Below, in pieces: positions 1 through 7,451 of a stretch of 32,000 nucleotides of DNA. The notes beneath the pieces were generated by a model. It saw nothing but the letters and a program-made list of their open reading frames with translations, was not told the DNA's origin and did no database searches. Every line of letters starts with the position of its first letter. Positions within the stretch are counted from its first letter, which is position 1. The translations under genes and the position numbers were made by a program. The stretch comes from Magnetococcales bacterium DCbin4 (GTDB lineage: Bacteria > Pseudomonadota > Magnetococcia > Magnetococcales > UBA8363), in the NCBI GenBank assembly GCA_002753735.1, contig PEAN01000007.1, positions 63,883-95,882 on the forward strand. The letters run 5' to 3'.

Positions 1-516
1 TCGGAACGGATCCGGGGGGCGGCGGGTTCGGTGGTCTTTCCGGGGATCGAGGGGACGCGGCCGGTTTTGGTGGAGATTCAATCCTTGGTGGCTCCGAGCG
101 TGTTTCCGCAACCGCGACGCAATACGTTGGGATGGGATCCCAACCGTTTGGCGATGTTGACGGCGGTTTTGGAAAAAAGATCGGGGTTGAGCTTTCACAA
201 TCATGATATCTTTTTGAATATTGCGGGTGGCTTCAAGGTTGCGGAGCCGGCGGCGGATCTGGCGGTGGCGGCCTCTTTGTTTGGTTCCTTGAAAAACTTG
301 AGCCTCGATCCCGGTTTGGTGGTGGTGGGCGAGATTGGATTGGGGGGGGAGGTGCGGGCGGTCAGTCATGTGGCGACGCGTTTGCGCGAAGCGGCCAAAC
401 TGGGTTTTGAACGGGCGCTGCTCCCTGAAAAAAGTATGAAACATGTGACCGATGCACCCAAAATGGAGCTGATTGCCGTCTCTTCGGTGGAAGCGATGAT
501 GCGCCAGTTACCATGA
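1..516 (+). CDS. radA: DNA repair protein RadA, C-terminal Lon-like domain (5' truncated by window start)
   Basis: Frame 1 is open from base 1. Translation VVFPGIEGTRPVLVEIQSLV...LGWDPNRLAMLTAVLEKR...VVGEIGLGGEVRAV matches the RadA C-terminus. Confidence 0.93.
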   Translation, partial: SERIRGAAGSVVFPGIEGTRPVLVEIQSLVAPSVFPQPRRNTLGWDPNRLAMLTAVLEKRSGLSFHNHDIFLNIAGGFKVAEPAADLAVAASLFGSLKNLSLDPGLVVVGEIGLGGEVRAVSHVATRLREAAKLGFERALLPEKSMKHVTDAPKMELIAVSSVEAMMRQLP

Positions 517-668
517 TCAAGAAAAAATTGGACTTAAGGAATTGCCCCCAGGGTGTTGACCTTGTTTTTGAATTTAAACAAAAAGGTTTCCATGATTGAT
601 CTTTTTACTTTGTTTTTAAAGTCAAAATCCTGGGAGCCATCCCTCAAGCCCCCTTTTTATTCTTGATC
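515..668 (-). repeat. Palindromic MITE-like intergenic element, copy 1
   Basis: GATCAAGAAAAAA...TTCTTGATC ends. The minus strand has the core CATGGAAACCTTTTTGTTTAAATTCAAAAACAAGGTCAACACCCTGGGGGCAA, shared with the copies at 2671 and 5241. Confidence 0.75.
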
Positions 669-670
669 CC

Positions 671-1348
671 ATGTTCATTTTCCTGGATATCGGCTTCACC
701 CTCCTCGGTGGTCCCGCTCAGGGACCGGCGGGGCGGTTGGTGAAACATTGGAATCTTCCCGCAGGTGCCAAAGATTGGTTGAATCGTGTACTGTTTGAAA
801 CCCCCCTTGAGTCCCCGGGGGATTTGGCGCAACGGATGGTGCATCATTTCGGTCTGAAGGAAACGAATGTTTTGCCATGGGTCAAAGATTTATGGGAACG
901 CCAGGTAACCGAAGCCGAACCGCTTCCCGGTGCCCGGGCCGCGTTGCAGCAATTGCGCGAAGCGCAGATTCCTTTCGGTTTCATCACCAACATCTGGCCG
1001 CCATTCCTGGCGGGATTCGCCCGGTGCTTTCCGGAAGAATATCATGCGTGCCCGATGTTCGCCTCGTGTGCTCTGGGATTGGCCAAGCCCGATCCTCAAT
1101 TGTATCGAACCGCCCTGCGCCAGACCGGCACCGATCCCCGGGAAGGGGTCATGATCGGCGATACCTATGAAAATGATGTGCTGCCGGCTCATGGGTTGGG
1201 GATGCGAACGATTTGGGTCCTGACCCGTCCCGACAAGGAACGTTCCGACCTGGTGGCGGTATTGAACGGGGAAAAACCGTTGCCGGGAAGGACGCTCACC
1301 GGTATGGAACAATTTCATCCCCGGCAACTTCAGGCGTTGTTCACATGA
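671..1348 (+). CDS. HAD-family hydrolase
   Basis: FLDIGFTLLG near the N-terminus, FITN motif, GLAKPDPQLY and GDTYENDVLPA typical of HAD phosphatases. Confidence 0.85.
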   Translation: MFIFLDIGFTLLGGPAQGPAGRLVKHWNLPAGAKDWLNRVLFETPLESPGDLAQRMVHHFGLKETNVLPWVKDLWERQVTEAEPLPGARAALQQLREAQIPFGFITNIWPPFLAGFARCFPEEYHACPMFASCALGLAKPDPQLYRTALRQTGTDPREGVMIGDTYENDVLPAHGLGMRTIWVLTRPDKERSDLVAVLNGEKPLPGRTLTGMEQFHPRQLQALFT

Positions 1349-1998
1349 ATATCACCCGCATCGAAACCTTCGACGAACATGAACTGTTGACCCGTTTGGC
1401 GACCACGCGTTTGCGTGGCCATGGTCAACCGTTGATCTATGCCAACGCCCGGTTGGAACTGGTGCGCAAGGTCGATCCCGCCACCTTGTTTCCCGCTCAG
1501 CGTTATGTCCTCGACCAGGACCATCATACCATTCGCGATCTGTATCATGCGTTTCAGGAGCGGGGGATCGACCTGTTCGGTCTGGAGGGGGGGGTGTTGT
1601 TCTGGCGGGCCGATCCCGAGGCCCCCGGTGGTGAGGAGGGTCCCATTCCATTCATTCCTCCCATTGTGGAGATGTCGCATGAACCGGACGGGCGCATTGT
1701 GCCTTTGATCAACGATGGGATGCATCGGGTCTATACGGCCATGAAGATGGGCCGGACCCTCAATATTGTTCTGGTTCATGATGTTCCGGTCGAATATCCC
1801 TATTATGCCCATGCCCTGTCCAAGGGGTGGGATGAGGTGGTGGCTCTGGCGGAACTGCCCGATCAATTCGTCAAGAAATCCTACCGGGATCCAGTGCAAT
1901 ACAAGGCATTGTTCCGTGATTTCAATGCCGTCTTCGATGGCATCCAGAAAGAGCGGAAAAAAACCAATCCCGGGGAGTTGCGGCCTGGAGCGGGATGA
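1345..1998 (+). CDS. Conserved hypothetical protein (possible ParB/sulfiredoxin-like fold, inference)
   Basis: ATGA overlap with the upstream HAD gene. Contains PLINDGMHRVYTAMKMG and PYYAHALSKGW. The annotated ORF starts upstream at 1213, but the ATG at 1345 fits better. Confidence 0.7.
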   Translation: MNITRIETFDEHELLTRLATTRLRGHGQPLIYANARLELVRKVDPATLFPAQRYVLDQDHHTIRDLYHAFQERGIDLFGLEGGVLFWRADPEAPGGEEGPIPFIPPIVEMSHEPDGRIVPLINDGMHRVYTAMKMGRTLNIVLVHDVPVEYPYYAHALSKGWDEVVALAELPDQFVKKSYRDPVQYKALFRDFNAVFDGIQKERKKTNPGELRPGAG

Positions 1999-2058
1999 AG
2001 ATCCTCCAGGGGATTCAATGGATGCCAAACCACGATCATGTTGCCGAGGTGATCTGTC

Positions 2059-2712
2059 ATGTCACGGGAGATGAATGGATGGCTTGCCTGTCCCGAATGC
2101 GACGTGTTGCATCAAATCTCCGCGTTGACTGCCGGTACTGAAGCCTGTTGTTGCCGTTGCGGCGCGGTGTTGGCGAGCTGTCGCCCGGGTCATTTGGAGC
2201 GTGCCTTGGCGTTGACGATGGCTGCTGCCATGTTGTTCGCCGTGGTCAATTCCCATCCCTTGTTGGGGCTTGATCTGGGGGGGCGTGAAACCTCCATGAC
2301 GTTGTTGGCGGGGGCATTGGAACTGGGTCAGCATGGTATGTGGGATGTGGTGATTCTGGTATTTTTGACCAGTTTTCTATTTCCCCTGTTGCATTTTTTG
2401 GCGTTGCTCTATGTATTGATCCCATTGGCGCTGGATCGTTGTCCTCCGGGCGCCGCGTTGTGGTTTCGTGCGGCGGAGTTGTTTTCTCCCTGGGGGATGA
2501 TCGGCGTTTATGCGTTGGGGGTGTTGGTGGCGGTGGTCAAACTGTCCGACCTGGCGACGGTGGTGCCGGGGGTGGCGGTTTATGCCCTGGGTGGATTGTT
2601 GTTTTGCAGCACTGCCGCCGGTCATGCGCTGGACTCCGCCGATGTCTGGCACCGCATTGAACAGGTCATCGAAAGAAAAAAGGGGTCTGGGGGATTGCCC
2701 CCAGGGTGTTGA
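2059..2712 (+). CDS. pqiA: PqiA-family membrane protein (first half); C-terminus encoded by repeat element
   Basis: N-terminal zinc ribbon CPEC...CCRC and four predicted TM segments (LLAGALELGQHGMWDVVILVFLTSFLFPLLHFL). Followed by a second pqiA-like gene, pqiB and pqiC. Confidence 0.85.
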   Translation: MSREMNGWLACPECDVLHQISALTAGTEACCCRCGAVLASCRPGHLERALALTMAAAMLFAVVNSHPLLGLDLGGRETSMTLLAGALELGQHGMWDVVILVFLTSFLFPLLHFLALLYVLIPLALDRCPPGAALWFRAAELFSPWGMIGVYALGVLVAVVKLSDLATVVPGVAVYALGGLLFCSTAAGHALDSADVWHRIEQVIERKKGSGGLPPGC

Positions 2713-2810
2713 TTTTAGAAATAAAATAAAAAGCTAAAGCATGGAAACCTTTTTGTTTGAAGTCAAAATCAACACCCTGGGGGCAATCCCCCAGACCCCT
2801 TTTTTCTTTC
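2671..2810 (+). repeat. Palindromic MITE-like element, copy 2
   Basis: GAAAGAAAAAAGGGGTCTGGGGGATTGCCCCCAGGGTGTTGATTTT ... AAAATCAACACCCTGGGGGCAATCCCCCAGACCCCTTTTTTCTTTC forms near-perfect terminal inverted repeats around an AT-rich core. Confidence 0.9.
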
Positions 2811-2850
2811 AATCATTGAATCCGGAATTTTCCCCCATCGGAGAACCGCC

Positions 2851-3477
2851 ATGAACAGGGTTCCGGTTCTTCCGACCGCCCGGGAATCGGGGTTGATTCG
2901 TTGCCATGCCTGTGCTTTGGTGAGCGTGGGTCGGGACCACCATTCCTGTCCCCGTTGTCGGGCACCCCTGTTCATGCGCAAACCCTACAGCCTGCAACGA
3001 ACCTGGGCATTGACGCTCGGAGCCGCCATTCTTTACATCCCCGCCAATCTGTTCCCCATCATGACCGTGATCCAGATGGGGCAGGGGGAGGCCAAGACCA
3101 TCCTTTCCGGGGTGGTGGCGCTGATCGAGGCGGACATGTGGCCATTGGCGATGATCGTTTTCATGGCCAGCGTGGTGGTCCCCCTGGGGAAAATCTGTAT
3201 CCTGATATATTTGTTGCTTTCGGTGCAGGTCGGCTTGAAAACCCATCTCAAGGAACGGGTCATCCTTTATCGCTTGATGGAAACCTTCGGCCATTGGTCG
3301 ATGGTCGATATTTTTCTCGTCTCCATCCTGGCATCTCTGGTACAAATGGGAACCCTGGCCACCATCGAACCCGAGATCGGGGTTTCTTATTTTGCGGCGG
3401 TGGTCATTCTGACCTTGTTTGCCGCCCGTGCGTTCGATCCACGTTTGATCTGGGACCGTGCCCATGACCAGAGGTGA
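2851..3477 (+). CDS. pqiA: PqiA-family membrane protein (second half)
   Basis: Zinc ribbon RCHAC...CPRC and PqiA motifs PANLFPIMTVIQMG and WPLAMIVFMASVVVPLGKI. Confidence 0.9.
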   Translation: MNRVPVLPTARESGLIRCHACALVSVGRDHHSCPRCRAPLFMRKPYSLQRTWALTLGAAILYIPANLFPIMTVIQMGQGEAKTILSGVVALIEADMWPLAMIVFMASVVVPLGKICILIYLLLSVQVGLKTHLKERVILYRLMETFGHWSMVDIFLVSILASLVQMGTLATIEPEIGVSYFAAVVILTLFAARAFDPRLIWDRAHDQR

Positions 3478-5185
3478 GGGGGATGCCCTTCAGGAATCAT
3501 TGATCACCCTGCCGGATGTGCCGCCACCCGAGCCGGTGATTCGCCGTCGGCGTTCATTTTCCCTGTTCTGGTTGATTCCCCTGGTGGTCGCCCTGGTCGG
3601 CATCTGGCTGATCCATGATACCCTCTCTTCCAGAGGCCCCTTGATCACCATCACCTTCAACTCCGCCGAGGGGATCGAGGCGGGCAAAACCCGGGTGCGG
3701 CATAAGGCGGTCGATGTCGGACGGGTTGAGTCGGTCTGGTTGAGTGCCGATTTTTCCCAGGTGGAATTGTCAGTCCGCCTGGAAGCGGGCACTGAAAACT
3801 TTTTGGCCGCCAACGCCAAATTCTGGGTGGTGCAGCCGCGTTTGTCGCTTCAGGGGGTTTCGGGATTGGGAACCCTGGTTTCCGGAGCCTACATCGAAAT
3901 GGAACCGGGAACCGAGGGGCCGGTCAAGGAACAATTCAAAGGATTGGAAGGCCCCCCCCTGATCCGTTCGGGGGTGGAGGGCATCAAAATTCGACTTTCC
4001 GCCGAACGACTGGGCGGGTTGGCGGCGGGTTCGCCCGTGTACTATCTGGGGATCCCTGCGGGGGAGGTGCTGGGGTTCGATTTGAACAGCAACAAGGATG
4101 GGGTGATCGTCCATGCCTTCATCAAATCGCCCTATGATCAATTGGTCATGCCCAACAGCCGTTTCTGGAAGGTCAGCGGCGTCGATCTGTCACTGGATGC
4201 CGAAGGGGTGCGGTTGACCACCTCGTCGCTTGCGGCATTGTTTCTGGGAGGGGTTGCCTTCGAAACGCCGACCACCCTGGAACCCCTCGAACCGGTCCAT
4301 ACCGGTAACCTTTTTGTCCTGTTCGAAGATCAAGGGGCGGTGACCGAATCGAGTTATCGGCGCAAAATTCCCTGTGTGATGTATTTCGACAGTTCGGTCC
4401 GTGGCCTCAAAACCGGGGCACCGGTGGAATTTCGCGGGATCAAGATCGGTTCGGTCCGTGACATCCATATGGAATTCGACCCGGCCAAGGCATCGTTCCA
4501 AATCGAGGTGCAGGTGGAAATTGAACCGGAACGGGTATCGGACATCGATCAGCGCAATTCGATGGAATCGGCCAATGAACTGTTGCAAACCCTGGTGGAT
4601 CAGGGATTGCGGGGCCAGTTGGAAACGGCGAACTATCTGACCGGGCAGTTGTTCGTCAATCTGGTGATGCGTCCCGATACCCCCATCCATCTGGTGGGGA
4701 TGCAGACGCGGTACAAGGAATTGCCGACGGTCCCTTCCAATCTGGATGAAATCAGCGCTTCGGTGACGGCACTGTTGAAAAAATTGCAAACCTTTCCATT
4801 GGAGGGGATTGGGAAAAACCTGAACGAAACCTTGGCCGGTCTGAACAAGACGGTCAATGCCCCGGTGGTGCTTGAAGCGGCAGGGTCCATGCGTGATGCC
4901 CTGGTCGCCTTGAAATCGACCATGACCCGGCTGGACGGCAAGGTCGATCCCCTGGGACGCGATCTGGTCAATGCCACCCGGGCGGCGACCAAGGCGCTGG
5001 CATCGACCGACCGGTTGATGGTCAATCTGAACGAACTTGCCGATCCCGATGCCCCGTTGAATTATCACATCCTTGAGCTGACCCGGGAACTGACCATGAC
5101 TTCCCGTGCCATCCGTACATTTGTCGATATCATGAATCGGCGTCCCGAGGCGCTGGTCTTCGGCAAGGAGAAAAAACAGGAATGA
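3458..5185 (+). CDS. pqiB: PqiB-like intermembrane transport protein with repeated MCE/MlaD domains
   Basis: N-terminal TM, then ITITFNSAEGIEAGKTRVRHKAVDVGRVESV, ...GVEGIKIRLSAERLGGLAAGSPVYYLGIPAGEVLG and ...GLKTGAPVEFRGIKIGSV. Overlaps the upstream pqiA. Confidence 0.92.
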   Translation: MPMTRGEGDALQESLITLPDVPPPEPVIRRRRSFSLFWLIPLVVALVGIWLIHDTLSSRGPLITITFNSAEGIEAGKTRVRHKAVDVGRVESVWLSADFSQVELSVRLEAGTENFLAANAKFWVVQPRLSLQGVSGLGTLVSGAYIEMEPGTEGPVKEQFKGLEGPPLIRSGVEGIKIRLSAERLGGLAAGSPVYYLGIPAGEVLGFDLNSNKDGVIVHAFIKSPYDQLVMPNSRFWKVSGVDLSLDAEGVRLTTSSLAALFLGGVAFETPTTLEPLEPVHTGNLFVLFEDQGAVTESSYRRKIPCVMYFDSSVRGLKTGAPVEFRGIKIGSVRDIHMEFDPAKASFQIEVQVEIEPERVSDIDQRNSMESANELLQTLVDQGLRGQLETANYLTGQLFVNLVMRPDTPIHLVGMQTRYKELPTVPSNLDEISASVTALLKKLQTFPLEGIGKNLNETLAGLNKTVNAPVVLEAAGSMRDALVALKSTMTRLDGKVDPLGRDLVNATRAATKALASTDRLMVNLNELADPDAPLNYHILELTRELTMTSRAIRTFVDIMNRRPEALVFGKEKKQE

Positions 5186-5240
5186 ACATCAAACGTGATG
5201 GGTGGTTGTTCTGGGCAGGGCAACCGCATTTAAAAATGAC

Positions 5241-5385
5241 AAGAAAAAAAAGGGGTCTGGGGGATTCCCCCCCAGGGGGTGACTTTAGAAACAAAGTCAA
5301 AAGCGGAGCATGGAAACCTTTTTTTTTGAATTCAAAAACAAAGTCAAAACCCTGGGGGCAATCCCCCAGACCCCTTTTTTCTTTC
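5241..5385 (+). repeat. Palindromic MITE-like element, copy 3
   Basis: AAGAAAAAAAAGGGGTCTGGGGGATTC...CCCCCAG...GCATGGAAACC...GTCAAAACCCTGGGGGCAATCCCCCAGACCCCTTTTTTCTTTC. Same termini and core as copy 2. Confidence 0.9.
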
Positions 5386-5403
5386 AATCGTTTTTTTCAT
5401 GAC

Positions 5404-6066
5404 ATGCCAATTTCAAATGCGATTCCCCTGTTGTTCCGGAGGGGGTGGTTGTGGTTCGGGTTGTTACTGCTTTTGGCGGGTTGCGCCTCCATGGTCACGG
5501 GGGAAGGCTCGCCGCCGACCCGCTATTACCTGTTGTCGTCCATGGCGGAACACAAAAGAGGAAACGTGCCACATAAGGTCCGTCTGGCGCTGGAACCGGT
5601 GGAACTGCCCGATTATCTGACCCGTCCGCAGATCGTCTATCGCCAGGGGGATCACCGTCTGGCCATGGAGGAGTCTGATTTGTGGGCCGAGACACTGGAT
5701 GCGGGTTTGGCCCGGGTCATGGTGGATAATCTATCCATCCTTTTGGATTCGGATCAGATATGGAGTCTCCCGGTCAAAAGGACGCAACCGCCTGAAATGC
5801 GATTGTGGGTGCGGATGCTCCGGTTTGAAGTCGATGCCGGAGGTCGGGCGTCGCTTGCGGCACGGTGGAAACTTCAAGGGCGTGAGGGCCAGGAATTCAT
5901 GAATGCGGCGTTGACGGAACTTCAGGGTCATCAAATTGATGTCCGCGACAAAGATGCCCAGGTTGCTGCATTGAGTTCCATCCTTGAGGAATTCTGTCGC
6001 CAGGTTGCGGCCCGGGTGGTCCGGAACATGGGGGAATCCAGGCGCGCCCCTCCAGGGGATCGATAA
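5404..6066 (+). CDS. pqiC: PqiC/ABC-type transport auxiliary lipoprotein
   Basis: Lipoprotein signal MPISNAIPLLFRRGWLWFGLLLLLAGCAS, then TRYYLLSS. The frame stays open upstream to an ATG at 5182 that overlaps the pqiB stop. Confidence 0.85.
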   Translation: MPISNAIPLLFRRGWLWFGLLLLLAGCASMVTGEGSPPTRYYLLSSMAEHKRGNVPHKVRLALEPVELPDYLTRPQIVYRQGDHRLAMEESDLWAETLDAGLARVMVDNLSILLDSDQIWSLPVKRTQPPEMRLWVRMLRFEVDAGGRASLAARWKLQGREGQEFMNAALTELQGHQIDVRDKDAQVAALSSILEEFCRQVAARVVRNMGESRRAPPGDR

Positions 6067-6071
6067 CCCGG

Positions 6072-6971
6072 CTATTGCCCTTTTTCCACCTTGTCCAAGT
6101 CCTGTTTGTGTTTTCCGGTCAGGTCAACAGCGGAGAATTCCCGGGTTGTCGGCAAGGTTAGTTGAAACTCCGGCAATTCATTCACTTGAACCTGCACCGT
6201 CTCAGTGGTCAAATCGAGGACATGTCCTCCCTGGGTGCGATCACGGCTGATGAAATGAAAATGAAACCCGGGGACATTGAATCCGGCCATGTATTCAGGA
6301 ATCCAAAAACCAACCAGGGTTCCGGTCACGGAGTCGAATTGGAACGTCGCCTGTTTGGCTGCAACTTCGGCCAGAGGGAGATAAGGCGGGGTTTGACGTG
6401 GAACGCTGCGGGTCTTGACCGTACGGAAAAGACCGTCCATGCGAAACGCATGGGGCAGATTTTTCTTTTCGATCATGGCCATCAACGATGCTTGCAGGTC
6501 ACGGTAGGAATGTCCTGAAGGGATGGTTCGGGCCGGTACCTGGTCATCGAAGCGGCAAATCACTGCAAAGGGGGTTTGCAGCGTCGGGGGGACACGCACT
6601 ACCTTTCCCGTACTGGGAATCTGATAAAATTCACCATCCAGGGCGATCATTTCTCCGTCCAGGGCATTGAACGTTCCCAATCCCAGGGTACCGTGGGTCG
6701 CTAATTCTTCCATGCGCAGTTGTCCATCATAAAATCCCTGCAAGAGGGAATTGATGGTGGCATATTGGAAGAGTGGGCTTGTTTCAGGTGCTTCGGCATG
6801 AACTGGCGCGCAGAAGAGACCCAATCCCAGGAGAAACACCAAAATCCACGATCCCGCCTTGGGAGCTGAGGGTTGGATGGGATGGGCTGATCGGATCGGA
6901 TTCATGAATATCCTTTCGTAAACTGGAAACCTGTCCCAGATCACAACCCGTCTGGGATCCATTTTTTCCAT
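6072..6971 (-). CDS. budA: Alpha-acetolactate decarboxylase with predicted signal peptide
   Basis: GTLGLGTFNALDGEMIALDGEFYQI and GFHFHFISRDRTQGGHVLDL. Hydrophobic segment WILVFLLGLGLFCAPVHA near the N-terminus. The real start may be an internal Met (MNPIRS). Confidence 0.87.
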   Translation of the reverse strand: MEKMDPRRVVIWDRFPVYERIFMNPIRSAHPIQPSAPKAGSWILVFLLGLGLFCAPVHAEAPETSPLFQYATINSLLQGFYDGQLRMEELATHGTLGLGTFNALDGEMIALDGEFYQIPSTGKVVRVPPTLQTPFAVICRFDDQVPARTIPSGHSYRDLQASLMAMIEKKNLPHAFRMDGLFRTVKTRSVPRQTPPYLPLAEVAAKQATFQFDSVTGTLVGFWIPEYMAGFNVPGFHFHFISRDRTQGGHVLDLTTETVQVQVNELPEFQLTLPTTREFSAVDLTGKHKQDLDKVEKGQ

Positions 6972-7451
6972 ACATCATTCTGGAATTATTTTGACCTGTT
7001 CATTCACCGGATGCAGCCAAAGTGGGCCAGGTTTGGTTTTTTTAACAGGTACCTTCCGGAGCAAACGCGAAAAACCCATGAAGCAAAGCGTCCACTACGG
7101 TTGTGTGGAAATTACATAAAAATGATGTATTCAATGTTGGGTGTGGTTGGCTGCGACCGATGAACGAATATGACAATGTAGATTTCAGTGATGGCATGAA
7201 TTCAAATAATTGATCATTTGCTTTACGTTTTGCATTTCCACTTTCGCTGACGAATGATGGAAACGACGCATTTTGTATTGGTTACAATTTTTAATGGAAG
7301 ATGACAGATTACATTATTGCGTGTCAATCCGCGTCCAATCAAGAATGGATCAAAAAATAATCACACCAATGGATCAGAGTGTGATAAAATGGATTCGTCA
7401 GTCTTGATTATGTAGTTTACCCGGCAAAATTTGGCCGCCTCTTGAATCATC

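Noticed and set aside
2687-2805. Elements interpreted simply as rho-independent terminators
   Set aside because: Arms are G-run-rich with a long (~50 nt) conserved AT-rich interior and are repeated with sequence identity at several unrelated loci. Ordinary terminators would not share the interior core, although a termination side effect is possible.
877-5068. Many medium-length minus-strand and alternate-frame ORFs in the pqi region (e.g. 1330..2028, 2809..3465, 4190..5068)
   Set aside because: They lie antisense to strongly supported genes, have compositionally biased sequence (rich in H/R/Q/G) and show no domain signatures. Typical shadow ORFs of GC-rich DNA.
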